A stretch of DNA of 64,000 bases from Octopus bimaculoides (GCF_001194135.2 NC_068984.1:39886452-39950451), one strand, 5' to 3'. Counted from the first letter of the stretch, positions 1 through 13,383 are shown. Notes: generated from the letters alone by a model not told the origin. Numbers and translations: made by a program.

Positions 1-975
1 AAAGTCGTACAAAATAAAATAAAAACACCTGCTGATTTTTCAAAACAGATCTGTTGAATATTAATGTTGAAACTCAGTAGATCCGAACTACAAATTACGT
101 AGAAATCTAAACTAAACAGATTTTATAGTTTGTTAAGTTGACATAATATGACAGAATAAAATAATGTTTTGTTTGTTTTATTTTTAATCTTCGTTACGAA
201 GTTTAAAAAAAAAAACACTGGCGGTGATAATAATCAATAAATATTTATAACGTTACAGAAAATATGACGTATGAAAACAAAAAGAAATGTCAAAATGGAG
301 AGACGAAGAAATGTACAGAAAGAAAACAGAAATGAATAAAAAATCTTTCTGTAACTAGGGATGATCACTTGAGAACTAGACTGGCTAGAAAAATATCAAA
401 AGTATTTACTACAATTAGAAAAAAAAGATGGTATCTCGCGTCGGCAAAAGTCAATTTCGGAAAAGAGAGAGAAAAAAAAAAGAGAATTGAAATATGATAC
501 TGATAATTCTCCAATGAGTACTCCGAAATAAAAAATATATTTCTTCAGTTTATGCCACACTAACATACTTATTCACATTTTATAGTCATATTAAATGACC
601 CAGTGAATACAAATAATTAATCGTATACAAATATAACAGAACTAAAACAAATAGTTTTCTGTTACACAAAGTTGATGGAATAACGAACATTTCAACAATA
701 AAGGAGATTTGAAAACGGATTAATTAATTGTTTATTGAGGAAAGAAATTAAAATTTTGCAATCGATCAAAGTAGGAAATAAATATAGAATGTAATAACAT
801 TGAATTTTATTCTAAAGTTTATGTAAAGGGTTTGCTAAATAGCTTAACACAGTAAATAACAAACCAAAGAGAAACGACACGCCCTGTGGCAGCAAAAAGA
901 GAGATATTCTACAACAGACAGATGGTAAAAGGCTATATATCATATGTTTATAGTTTCATTTGACTTCACATTTAC

Positions 976-1200
976 CTGCAAAGTGCCACCAGATGTCATG
1001 GATGCTTCTGTTATCAGTTGAAGACCCAATAAATGTAATGAAATGGTTGATGAAAATAAGCAATTCAAGTCCAAAATGGAAAGCTTACGACTTCCTGCTA
1101 TGGAAGCGCCTCTTGCGGCAAAAGCTGTTAACACTGAAGAAACATAACTCGCCCTTGCATCATTAAATTGATATAACGTTACCCTTCGTTTCAGCTTCAT
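976..1200 (-). CDS. Possible first coding exon of an unidentified gene running off the left edge (MKLKRRV...MTSGGTLQ)
   Basis: 75 open codons ending exactly at CAG|GTAAAT, in a CpG-retaining, TE-free context. Product not recognised. Confidence 0.35.
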
Positions 1201-1936
1201 TCATTGAGAGACTTTGTTTAAATTCGATTTTAATTAGTTTTAATACAATATTATTGTTATTTTCATTATCAAACCATCTTAAGATCTGTTTCTATTTTGT
1301 GTTTATCTTTACTAAAAAGGCAGTAACGAAAATATTGAAAATTCCGTTAACAGTTCATATTTTGTTTTTTTCCTTTTTTTGCAAAGTTTTGGATCCCGTT
1401 ATAATCGCGTAAATATTTGTTGATTAGGAATGTGTTAGGTGAAAGTTCACTACAAATTTTTTTTAAAAATTAAACTTGGCAATTGACATTAAGAAGTTAG
1501 GCAACAGAAAAATAAAATTTACTCTGTTATTAAAGTAACTCTATTTTAAAGTGAATTTATTTACATCTAGAAAATTAACCTCGTTTACCCTCATCGAAAT
1601 TTCCTGTACTTAATACAAACTTCGAGCTAGTTTGAAAAATGCAAAAAACTTCTCTGGAAAAAAAAAATTTTTTTAGACGTTAGATTCAACGTCTTTCGTA
1701 AGTCATACACTCTCCTGATACACAGAGTATTTAACTTTATGTACTCTTAAATGTATTAAAGATATAGAGTGATATAAATGGAAATGTCGGACATATTTCT
1801 ACTTTTCAATTTCCAGGTGAGTGTGTGTTGTTTATTTATTTATTTATTGTACGTTCTATGTTTACTGTTGAAAACATTTGGTGGCATTTGATAAGTTCAT
1901 ATCAATAAATAAATACTTAGCGACTTTGGAAACACT

Positions 1937-2600
1937 AAGTTGACATTTCTCCGTTTATACGGGGATTTTTCAGATTTTTTTTTCATGGTACCCTTGGAAA
2001 TGGTCTGGACTATCTTTTTAGTAAAAAAAAAATGATGTCACCTCCTTTCCCTCTCCGAACTGATTTTGGGGACACTAAACACTTAAAAACTATAGGAGAA
2101 GCCTTTTCAGTTAAAAAAAAAAAAAGTAATTATTTCTGACGAAGATGTGTGATTTAAAGGAGATTTGGCTGTTGTTTCTAGCATATCCCAGTTTAGGGAT
2201 GATAAAACTCATGAATTTTCAAAAAAACTGTTTTCATAGCATGAATAAGATTATGATATGAATGGGGAGAAAATATTGAAAAGCATCAATACTTGTCAGA
2301 GTAAGAAACTAGGAAGGATGTCATGGGATATGCTAGAAACAACAGTCAAATCTTCCTTTAATCACACACCTGTTCGTCTGAAAATATTTACTTTTTTTTT
2401 TTACCGAAAAGGCTTCTATAGCTTTTAAGGGCACTACCCACAAAAAAATCATCGTACGTAGTGCCCACAAAATCAGTGGGGGGAGGACATCATTTTTTAC
2501 AAACTTTTTTTTTTTTGTTAAAAAGATAGTCCAGAGCATTTCCAAGAGCACTGTGAAAAAAAAATCTGAAAAATTCCCGTCGAAACAGAAACTCCAACTT
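1937..2600. mobile_element. Foldback-type / long-TIR non-autonomous DNA element
   Basis: 1937-2190 is an imperfect reverse complement of 2324-2600, with a spacer of about 130 bp and no ORF. Confidence 0.7.
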
Positions 2601-2803
2601 GCTGGCGCTTCCTCAGTTAGACGTCCGTCAAATATTTGTTTATATATTACAATTTGTAAATGTTATCAAATTTATTTGGTTCTTGCAATAAGATATACTA
2701 TTTATTAATTTACTATTTACTTATGCAGAAAGAGTGGCTCAGTATTCTGGTTGGACAAGTTAAGATGTGAATGGCTTTGTGAAGAAATAAGGTAATATGA
2801 GCT

Positions 2804-3356
2804 CAGATGAGGATTCTTTCCCTCTTTACACACCCTAAAAAAATTATAATCATGACACATGTATCCCATACTATTGATCTTTATGTGCCCTTCCAATTGA
2901 TATAGATCCGTAATGCATCTTACGGCTGTGCCTGTCACCTGTATAGTGAAGAATTCTACATTGGACAGTAGTAACGACTAGGGTAGGGTAGCTGACTGCT
3001 TATTGTGATCATTCATCTTTTGGTTTCCTGTAGCTTTGCTCTCTTTTACAAACTCAGTGAACATACATATATTTTCTACTTCAAAGAAATTCGAACAATA
3101 CATATAAGACCCAAGTTAAAAAGATTCTCAAAAATTCAACTTCTCTGGTTGACATTAAAACACCCACCCTCAATAGGGGCCTTAACTCCCACATTTTAGA
3201 GCTCCATGACATCCATTTTTCAGGAGCAAAACCCTTTTAATAGGTTCCATAAGACTGGAATTTTGGATTCTGCACATAAAGATCAATAGTATGGGATACA
3301 TGTGTCATGATTATAATTTTTTTAGGATGTGTAAAGAGGGAAAGAACCCTCATCTG
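2804..3356. repeat. 85-bp near-perfect inverted repeat (2804-2888 / 3272-3356)
   Basis: Direct reading shows only 2 mismatches between the arms. 383-bp spacer. Confidence 0.9.
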
Positions 3357-4269
3357 CAATTTTGATGAAATTCGAATCATAGGTATTCCAGTTCATTAGA
3401 GAAAATATAACAGAAAAGTCTAATTCTTCAATCGCATGTAACACGAGCAATGCCAGGTATCTCTGCTAGTTAGCTCTAAAATAAATTGCTGTTAAAGACA
3501 CGTACTAATATCAAAAGTGCTGTACTTTATAGAAATAAACTATCTGCAAATAAGATTAAAGGTCTTCATTTGAAAGTATAAAAGCACCAACTATGTTCAA
3601 ATTGGACCATCAACTCAAACATAAGAGCCATTTAAATACTATCACTTTCTTCAGAAACACAGGTTCGTGTTCTCTTCACAGATCAGACATACCCCCTATT
3701 TAGTTGTTGCCCATTCAGGCTCAAGTGGTAATTTTGGTCCTTTCCTTTAATGTGATACAAAAGTAAACTTTTGTATCAATTTGAAATGACTGATTGTCAG
3801 TGAGCTCCGCTTATAGGAAGAAATAATGGTAATATTGTGCCCTACAGATAAAGTGACACAGATTTGAAAGGAGTAGCAGTAAGTCACACTACAGAACATC
3901 CACTCCACATCAGTTTTGCAAAACTGACTTTAGAAGAACTACAACTGACACTACTACAACCACCACCAATGACAATGTTTTATTAATTGTAGAAAATATT
4001 GCAGAGCTATGCACAAACTGAGACTATGACATATTTTCAGTCCAAACTACTGTCTATAAGCCACACCAATAGACATAAGCCTTTGTTTTATTGGTTATTT
4101 TGTTCAACTTAAACACTCTAGTAAGAAATATATTTACACATTCATTTTGTATGACTGCTCATCACTTACTTTGCATTGTTTTGTCAACACAAGCCATTTC
4201 ACTATCTTTGCTATACTTTCAGTTTACAAGAGCTTAAATTAAGAAGATGCTGAACAAAACAAATAATTT

Positions 4270-5382
4270 AACAACATTCTGATCCTCCAAAGAAAGCTTC
4301 AAAAGTAACTAATAGGAGATTCTCTTGAAAATGGACAAAATTTGGCATCATGGTGTTATCAAGTACCTGCAGAAAAATAATTTAGACCCCCACCCCTGCT
4401 TTCATTCATAAGGACATTCATATTGACATGTTTGCTACATTATGGAATGACACTCCAGCTTTATCAACAGTGCAAAAGTATGTAGCTGAATTTAGGAGGA
4501 GAAGGGAGAGTCTTGAAGTTGACTCAAGGTTTGGATGTCGTGCAACTGCCACCACCAAGGAAATCATTGATTGTGTTCACCACATTGTGATGGATGACAA
4601 GCGATTGACTATGCTATTAGCATATCTTGTGAGAGAGTTGAGAATATTCTGTGCAACAAATTTGATATGATGAAAGTCTCTGCAAAGTCTTCCTACAAAA
4701 TGCACCAGGCTGACCACATCACGGGGAAAATCTGACATTGTTTGAGGCAGATCCAGCTGCTTTCCTTGGATGTTTCCAAACCCAGGAGGAGTGTTTTGTT
4801 CATCACCTTGAGCGAAAGACAATACACCTGTTCCAAAGAAGGCCAATGTCATTTTATCTTGCAGGGAAGATGATGGCTTGTTTTGGGGGATCTAAAAGAC
4901 ATTGTGCTTATTGACTATCTTCAAAAGGGCCATACCATCAATGGAGAGTACTATGCCAACTTGTTGAGGCAGTTACAAAAGGCTATCAAAACCAAACGCT
5001 CAGGAAAACTGACAAAAGGCATCTTGTTTCATCAGGACAAGGCTCTAGCACACAAGTCCTTGGTTTCAATGGCTGCTGTTCATGACTGTGGCTTTGACCT
5101 GGTTGATCACCCTCCCTATTCTCTTGATTTAGTCCCATTAGACTAACATGAAAAAACACTTCGCTGGGAACCATTATTGCACTGATGAAGAAATCATATC
5201 TTCCATTTATAACTTTTTTGACCAACAGGGTGAAAGCTTCTTCATCAAATGGATCCAGGCACTGCAACACTAATGGAGGAAGTGTGCAAACTGCAAAAGG
5301 GACTATGTTGAAAAATAAATCTCATTTGGTCACATTCCACAAGAGTATCTTGATCAGCCTATGAACTTTTCAGCTGACCCTT
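4270..5382 (+). mobile_element. Degenerate mariner transposon
   Basis: Transposase fragments MDKIWHHGVIKYL, GILFHQDKA.AH and HPPYS.DL.P.D. Right-end TIR-like sequence cagctgaccctta-TA. Many stops and frameshifts. Confidence 0.85.
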
Positions 5383-6714
5383 ATATAATTAAATAAAGAG
5401 CTGAAGTTTTGATTGTTGGTATCTGACAACTGAATCTATGTAAAGAAACACTCCAAAGAATGTAACACAGATTTAGACAACAATAATTGCAGTGTATAGC
5501 TGTTGCTTTCAATTAATCATACTACTAAAGCTACTGTTATTACCGCCACAAAAGCACCAAGCTGGTAGAATTGTTACTGTTTTAGATAAAATACTTAGCA
5601 GCAGTTCTTCCAGTTCTTTACATTCTGACTTCAGGTTGACTTTGTCTGTCATCTTTTCAGGGTTGATAAAGTACCAGTTGAGCACTGGGGTTGATATAAT
5701 TGACTACTCCCTTCTACTAAAACTGCTGGCTCAAAAAGACATATTACCACATCAGTATCTTTGTAAGTGACACTTTGTAAACAGAAATTGTGTAAAAAGT
5801 ACACCAGAGGGACTGTCTCTATTCTTGGGTGGTGAACTTATTCTATCATCCACTTTATCACCCCCATGATTCCTGAATGCATTTAGTATCAACCACTCTG
5901 TTGCAAACATTTGGGAATGGTCTCTAGTCTTGGGTCAGCTTTTTTCCAGCTTTCTTTAGACAAATAAGAAGGATGAATAGGAATTAATGTTTTTTTTCAA
6001 TTTTTCAGTCAATTTTATTCAAATTTATTGCCTGACTTAGACAGGGCAGATGACCATAACTTACTTGTACATTTCATTTTTGGGTTGGATGGTATTTCTA
6101 AAACCAACCATTTTACAGAGTGAACCAGGTGTGTTTTATCATCACACCAGCATTAAAAATATTGTCATACCTTTGACAACACTAAAGAGCCCTCTCAACG
6201 TTTTCTTTGCACATTCTACAACCACTTCACAGACTGTATTAGGTGCATTTTATCATGGTACTAGCACTAATGAGGTTACCTTGTACCCTACAAACAAAAG
6301 GGTCTTTACTGCACAACACTGATAGCCTTTTGTTCCAAACAATGTTATCAACAGAGTGAGTAGGGATATATATGTATAATGCTTGTATATCATATATCAT
6401 GTATGATGAATAATTAAAAATATATAGTACTTGATGCAGATATGTAGAGTAATGTATTTATAAAGCAATGCTGGTTACCATTGATTTTATGGTTTGGACC
6501 TTCCGGCTTTGTCTCCATATGTTTTGAGAAAATGAGAAATATCTTTAAAAAAATGTATTTTCTTGAACTTCTATTTTTAAGGTAAATAACTTTTCCTGAA
6601 GGGTTATGAGTTATATATCTCCATAATTATGATTGCAAAGTTGCTGAAAAAAAAATACATTGTAAATTGTTTGAAGATGATATGAAACCAAACAGAATTA
6701 AATGATTAAAATGA

Positions 6715-7630
6715 ATTAAACTTAGTCAATACTGGGAGAGAGTAATAAGGATGGGGCAGGGGAAATTAAATATAAAAAGGAAAAGTAAATATAAAATTAA
6801 AGGTGAATGATAGATAGGAAAAAAACTGGAAGAGAACAAGGAAATAAAGTTTCAGATGAAACAATATCAGGTATTTGTGCATATATGTGGTTTTGGTCTA
6901 GTGAAGACAGTATTTTCCAGTTAAATAATAGGGTATTTTTTTAAAAGTGTCTGCATTTCTCAAATATGGTGTTTAAATTGAAGCCTTGTTTATGAATGAC
7001 TTTGAAAATTCTCTACTTCTCTGCTGTGCACAAGTCACATCTTTTACTTCTAATTTGGCAAATTCTGGATCATTCCAGGTTTTTTCATTTACTATAGTCC
7101 AAAACTGTTTCTTTTAGTTTACAAATATAGTCAGTCCTTCTCTAATGTTCTTTTTATTTATGTTTAAAGGAAGATTTGTAAATGTTTTTTAAATGTTTCT
7201 TGTTGTGCTTATGTAAATGTTTATGCATTTCAACTAGGTTGAAGTCTGGAGAAGTAACTTCTGCTTCATAAATAACTGTTTCTAAAATGTTCAATTTGTT
7301 AGTTGGACATGTTTTAGGGTTTCTGCTCAAGTATGCAACAAAGGTGTGACCTGTGCATAGCAGAAAAGAGGGAAATCCTCAAAAATCTTCATAAACATCA
7401 GATCAAAAATATTCAAGAAATGTAGATACTTTAAAAAATACCAACTATACAACTAGAGAACATTACATATATGGGCAGACACCTGATATTGTTTCACCTG
7501 AAACTTTCTTTTCTCTCTCGTCTTCTAGCTTTCCTCCTCCTATCCTTCATCCATTTTTATGGTTACTATTCCTTCTTATAACCATCTTCCCATTCCTCCA
7601 CCCATACTATTCCCCTAATATTGATAGGTA
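6715..7630. mobile_element. Penelope-like (GIY-YIG) element remnant with an inverted second copy
   Basis: Minus copy reads VIYEAEVTS..SSFKH..YI.KLK..RCDLCTAEK. Plus copy from about 7335 reads RCDLCIAEKR. The UTR-like tails align in inverted orientation (e.g. 6848-6871 vs 7479-7504). Confidence 0.65.
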
Positions 7631-8148
7631 TATCCAAACTTTCAGATGCATCAACACAAGCCAACATGGAAAGATTGTGTTAAATTACAGTAAAAAAAAA
7701 AAAATGCAGAGAAAACAAAAGATAGAGAAACAGGTTTGTTTTCCATAATTTTTTCTCACAGTGAACATAATTCAAATCTTTTCAATTTTATTCTCTTTTT
7801 CTTTTAAGAGACAAAATAGGGTCCTGTTTTAGTAATATCATATATATATTGGTTTCAGAGACAGGTAATACAAAAAAGTAGCAATGTAAATGAAATAGTT
7901 TCTACAAAGAACTGCAATTAGGTAGCAGTTCACCAAGAATATATCACACCATAATGCCAGCCTCTCAAAATATCAGGCATACTAGCCATTACAACAGAAT
8001 GATCTCATTTTTATCTGTCATTTAATCAGTTATTATAGCAAATAATAAACTGACCCTCTTTAAACTTCAGCAACAAACTGATATAAATTAATTTTCAAAT
8101 GTGTTTTGCATTTCATTTTCCCTTCTCAGTCACAACACTTTCCTTGTT

Positions 8149-8199
8149 TCATTCAGAATTTTTTATCTTTGTTGCATTATTCTTTCGCCGGCTTTCTCG
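8149..8199 (-). CDS. CMC2: CMC2 exon 3 (RESRRKNNATKIKNSE*)
   Basis: tctttttatag acceptor, phase 0, basic tail, TGA at 8149-8151. AATAAA (minus strand) at 7787-7792. Confidence 0.75.
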   Translation of the reverse strand, partial: RESRRKNNATKIKNSE

Positions 8200-9529
8200 C
8201 TATAAAAAGAAAATTGATAAAGAATTGTTAAATGATTGATAGCTATATACATACATGTGTGTATGTGTGTGAGTGAGTGTGTACATAAGGCAGCATAACT
8301 TAATTCAAGGTCAAGAGTATAGTGACGATTAATATTAATTATTCCATTTAATTTATTTAATCTCTTATGACTTTAACTATACATGAATATAATGAAAATT
8401 TTTTACTCTTGTAAATAAGTTTAAATATGAACATTTTAAATGAGCTTCATGCAGTTATTAACAGTATCGATAATTCCACAAAATGAAGTCACTGAATTGA
8501 AGAACATTTAGAGCATATATGACAAAACAGAATACATGCCTTAACTATCAAGACAAAATCATATGGCACTAACACTTGGCTACTTGAAATTTCTCAAAAT
8601 AGAATGACATCTATAAGGTATTGTTTTACAATATAGTCCATACAATTCACTCAATACTTTGGGGTTTTTTTTTTTTGTTGAATATTCATGTCAACCCAAT
8701 TCTATATGCTTTCTCTCAGTTTTAAATCCTGGGACTATGTTGGCCACAGCAGCATTCAAATTTTTCTCATTTTGATTAATTCCTTGGTCATTCTTGTAGC
8801 ATGCTTTAAGTGATTGTAATGCTGAAAAATCCACAACTGGCCCAAATGACTCTCCAGATAAGTTATACCATTCATGATGTTCTTAATCTAATGTATAGCA
8901 CACCCCCACCTTTTCCAGATACATAACTTCAAACTATAACATTACCTTGCTTAAATGGCTTATTTATGTACTCTGGGTGAAATTTGTGACATAGAACATA
9001 CACTCAGACATCAAAGCTGGACAAATTAAATTTTAACTCATTGAACCACAAGATTTATTGCCAATCTAGCAACATCCAATTTCTATTCTCCTTGGTGAGC
9101 TAAATATTGACATCAATTTTTCAGAGAGAATGTACATCCTTTTATGCTCAAGAAGTTTTGTATGCCCAAACAGCTTTAGTCAATTTTTGATGGAAATGAT
9201 ACCACACTGCATGTGTTATTGCTACTGAATTTTGTCTGAAATGCTATCAGCAGTCATTTTTATCTTCTCAATCAACAAATAGTACATTCTTTCAGTAGTT
9301 TTTTTGTTTTTATATAGCTGTCCTGATCAAGGATGGTCAAATAGTCATCCCTTTCTTTTAAGATGTCCACAACAGCAGATGAAGAGCATCCAATTTCAGT
9401 AGCTATATCTTGAAAAGTCAATTTCAGTTTATTCAGTTGGACAGTTCGTGGTTATCATGAACACCATGATCATTTTTACACCTGTTTTTCCCATATTTGC
9501 ATGGGTTGATGAATCCTCTCCAACACAAT

Positions 9530-9930
9530 ATTACACCATTTATTGCATTCTTTTTATCACCTGCTTTGTGAAGTTCAAAATCCTGAGATCAACCTTCACC
9601 ACTTTTGCTTATGTTTCCCTTGGACTTCCTCTTCCATTGGATCCTTCAACATAAATCTTCTGGTACTTCTTCACCCACCTGTCAACATCTATACACATTA
9701 TATGTCTATATCAGCACAGCCATCACTTTGGCACACTAAAGTTCATACCTCTTCTACCCAATTCTTCTATCAGCTGGTTTTGCCTCATCAATTATGCATA
9801 GTAACATTACACATTCAGCGAATCATACTTATTACATTTTTTCCCCACCCTTCACACATCCTCTGCATTCAGTGCCCATGTTTCACTACCATACAGCATC
9901 ACAATTCATTTCATATCTTTCACTTATAGT
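9530..9930 (-). mobile_element. RTE-clade LINE 3' fragment
   Basis: Reverse complement shows a degenerate VEG...RG.P motif region, similar to the copy at 46094. Confidence 0.55.
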
Positions 9931-11211
9931 AGCTGCCTGAAGTTTTTCCACCTTATTGTAATTCTGGCCCTACATTTTTCATATTACTATCTACTTGATA
10001 ACTGGTCCCTCAGTTATCAAGAACATTGAATGTTAGTCCTGTATACACATTTAGTGATTATCATTACTGTGACACCTGTAGACACCTGTGTGCTTCCAGC
10101 TTTGGAATGTGGAGTCACATGCACTCTCATTGCTGAGAAGACAGACTTTGTCATCATCGGACACTGATGGACTACCAATACTGAGTTGGAGTTTTGCAAT
10201 TTTTACAAGTTGGATGCACTTCCTATCATCAACCACTTTACAGTGTGTATTGAGTGCACTTTTTTTCATATCACCAACAACATATTAGGTGGCTTTCAGG
10301 ACTTAAGTGTCCTCTTCACACTCAGTTTTTATTCAAAGTGGTTGCTCACCAAAACAATCTGCTTTCACTATAGTTTACAGAAGGCATGCCTACTCTGATT
10401 AGCTTTTTCATCATAATGAATCATAGTATTATGTAATCAAATTGTTGTTAATAGTTTGTCTAACTTTGACTATCATATTGAATACTGAAATTAAAATACT
10501 TTTTTTTTAATTTTTAAATTAAGTGACATTCATTTATGCTAATTAAACCTTTTACATTTAAACTTACAATTAAAAGAGGAAAAAAATCCTCTTCTTAATT
10601 ATATATATTTTGAATCCTTTGTGATTAATCATCATTACCTCACACTGCCTCTTACACCAACTCAAGGAAGGAATAAATATAAAGTATGAGAGAGAGGGGG
10701 GAGAGAGAGAGAAAAAAAGAATTGTTTCTTACCTATCAATATCCCCACCCCATCTCCACCACTGTGTAAGATACTCGTGATCATCTAGGTGTTCAGTGAA
10801 GGAGTTTATAATGGTCATGTGACTTGCTGGGAAATTTCCGACTGTCTTAAATAAAGGCTATATTGGGTAATGATGATATATGTATATGTATATACACACA
10901 CACATACATATAATTAATAGAGGAGCTGTAGTTTGTTCTCTTGTTACCGTAATAAATCAAATTACATCTCCTCTTCTTCAGGCATTATGCTTATCTCTCC
11001 CTCCTCACTCTTGTCCTCCCCTACTGCCAACTGTATCATTGCTATCCTGTCATCCCTCTCCCACATACCCAGGTTTCACAAGCCACAGCATTCTCCCTTT
11101 CTCCCTTTTTGCATTCTCGTGAACTCTCCTACTCATGCACCCTGGAAAATCCTCTAACATTCAATTTATATTCATGTCCTTGTACCTTGAAAGTATGCCC
11201 TGGCACATCAC

Positions 11212-11256
<45 letters not shown>

Positions 11257-11369
11257 TCTGACTGGGGTAACCATGTATCTCCTCTATGGCAAGACACCTG
11301 TTTATGTTCCCCCTGTTATATTCTAACCTCTCATCACCTGGCTCAAAGACACCACCTTCAATACACCAC

Positions 11370-11602
11370 ACCACCACCAAAGGATTTTTGTCTGGCAAGT
11401 TACTTGGTGAATTTATTGATTTTGGTGCCATGTAAAAAGCATCCAGTCTACTCTGTAAAGTGGTTGGCATTAGGAAGGGCATCCAACCATAAAAACCATG
11501 CCATAGCAGACAGTGGAACTTGGCACAGTCTTCTGGCTTACCAGCTCCTTTTGAACCATCTAACCCATACCAGCATGGAAGACGGATGTTAAATGATGAT
11601 GG
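11370..11602 (+). mobile_element. 5'-truncated RTE 3'UTR copy with (GAT)n tail
   Basis: ggttggcattaggaagggcatcc...ccagcatggaagacggatgttaaatgatgatg, shared with the copies at 42283, 43062 and 46094. Confidence 0.85.
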
Positions 11603-12389
11603 TGGCTGTGTGAGTGCTTTGCATGAAAGAGCACTGAGCTATGGCTCAAACATCGATCATTCCACAATTCTTTGATATTTGCTCAGTACACAAAAGTAAA
11701 AAATTGAGAAATGGATGTCACACAAGAAGAACAAAATATTTTTAAAAAATAACCATTATAGAGTCTGCTTTGTACTTGTTTTGTACAAGAAAATTTATCC
11801 ATTTTCTAATCAATGTGATATGTGACAAAAATAGATTCTATACAGCTAACAGTTTTCCATGCAGTGTCTGGAATGTTGTCAATTGTTCATTTTGGGAAAG
11901 TATTTTGGTAAAGCATCAAAATACTTCCTCAAGCTGCAAAGAAGGTTACGGTCACTATTTGATAGTCAACAAGTGGAATCATCTACTATTATTTCTTGAA
12001 TTCCATGGAAACCATTATCTCAAAGAAGTATTGCTAGGAAATTGACAAGCTGCATCAAGAACTGTAATGTTTACATCCAACATTGGTCAGTCTCACAAGT
12101 AATTCTTCAGAGACTGGACAAAATGAACTATGAAACACTACTTTACCCAACTTATTTTCCACATTCCTCTATAACCAACTAAAACTTTTCCAAGCATCTC
12201 AATAACTTCAAGCAAAAAGTCTTGAACAACCAAGCAGCAGTTCAAAATACCTTAAAAGAATTCATTAGTACCAGGACTCTAGATTCTTAGGTATTATTTC
12301 AATTAATAATATATATTAGTTAATTGATATATATTGTTTTAAAGTTGATAATGAAAAACAGCAAGTATTCTTACACCAACCTCAGGTTA

Positions 12390-13105
12390 CATCATCATCA
12401 ATGTAATGTTCACTTTTCTATGCTTGCACACATAAGATAGAATTCATTTAGGCAGATTTTCTATGGTTAGAGGTCCTACTTGTTGCCAATCCTCATCTGT
12501 TTTCAAGTAATATAATATTTCCCCTAGGTTGGATATGTTTTCACAGAAGATTGGAAATGAAGGACACTGCTTAAATGGTGGTGACACTCATTTACAATAA
12601 TCATGTAAAATCAATGCAAGTAAACACTTCCACACACACATACACATCCACACACACACACATATATATACATGGGGCATGTTTCAGTTTCTATATACCA
12701 AATCTACACACAAGGCTTTGTTCAGCCCAGGGCTACAATAGAAGACATTTATCCCAGATGCCATACAGTGGGACTGAACTCAAAACCACAAGTTTAGGAA
12801 GCAAACTCTTTGACCACAGAGCTATATATGCATACACACATCATCACCGTCATTATTTAATGTACACACTTCCATATTTGTTTGAGTTAGACAGAATTTG
12901 TTGAGGCAAATTTTCTACAACCATTTGTCCTTCCTGTTACTGGTCTTCAGCTGTTTCCAAGCAAGGTAATATTTTCCCGTGGCTCAAAGGTTTTTCACAG
13001 AAGATTGGAAAGGATCAATTTTGCTTGTTTGATGATGGCACTCATTAACAACCATCACATGATGTCTTAACAAGAGCACACACAAATATATACACACACA
13101 CACAC

Positions 13106-13153
<48 letters not shown>

Positions 13154-13335
13154 GCACAAACGCATGATAGGCTTCTTTCAATTTCTGCCAGCCAAATCCA
13201 CTCAAAAAGCTTTGGTTGACCTAGGACTATAGTAGAAAACACTTACCCAAAGTGCTGTGTAGTAACAATAAACCCAAGATCACACGGTTGGGAAGCAAGC
13301 TTTTTTTCTTCATTATGCAGTCGCACCTGTGCCTA
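12390..13335 (-). mobile_element. Two tandem composite tRNA-derived SINE copies (about 12390-12830 and 12838-13335)
   Basis: Repeated layout of head (gggaagcaagct / gggactgaac), (CA)/(TA) linker and body with a catcatcat tail. The head is also present at 47495-47640 and 59037-59150. Confidence 0.75.
13083..13152. repeat. (CA)n/(TA)n microsatellite. Others: (TC)n about 11219-11252 and 39587-39617, (GT)n about 31229-31260, poly-T 31361-31390, (TA)n 36121-36172 and about 56245-56308, (CTA/CCA)n about 55495-55542
   Basis: Read directly from the sequence. Confidence 0.95.
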
Positions 13336-13351
13336 TAGGTATGTCAGTATT

Positions 13352-13383
<32 letters not shown>

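Noticed and set aside
976-1200. TMEM161 assignment (vertebrate MEF2 neighbour) from LLGLQLI
   Set aside because: Flanking residues do not match the TMEM161 N-terminus (no AS.MQK or ARWLLC motif).
3753-3778. 12-bp perfect palindrome with 2-nt spacer
   Set aside because: Short, AT-rich and isolated; no context suggesting function.
6065-6097. 33-nt exon-like segment on the minus strand (ttttag...CAA|GTAAGT)
   Set aside because: Downstream of the CMC2 stop and poly(A) signal, with no partner exons or recognisable peptide.
12984-13242. ORFs with IYIYIY/CVCVCV/ERERER runs (also at 11129, 31076, 36039, 39525, 41983 and 47919)
   Set aside because: Open only because of dinucleotide microsatellites; no protein homology.
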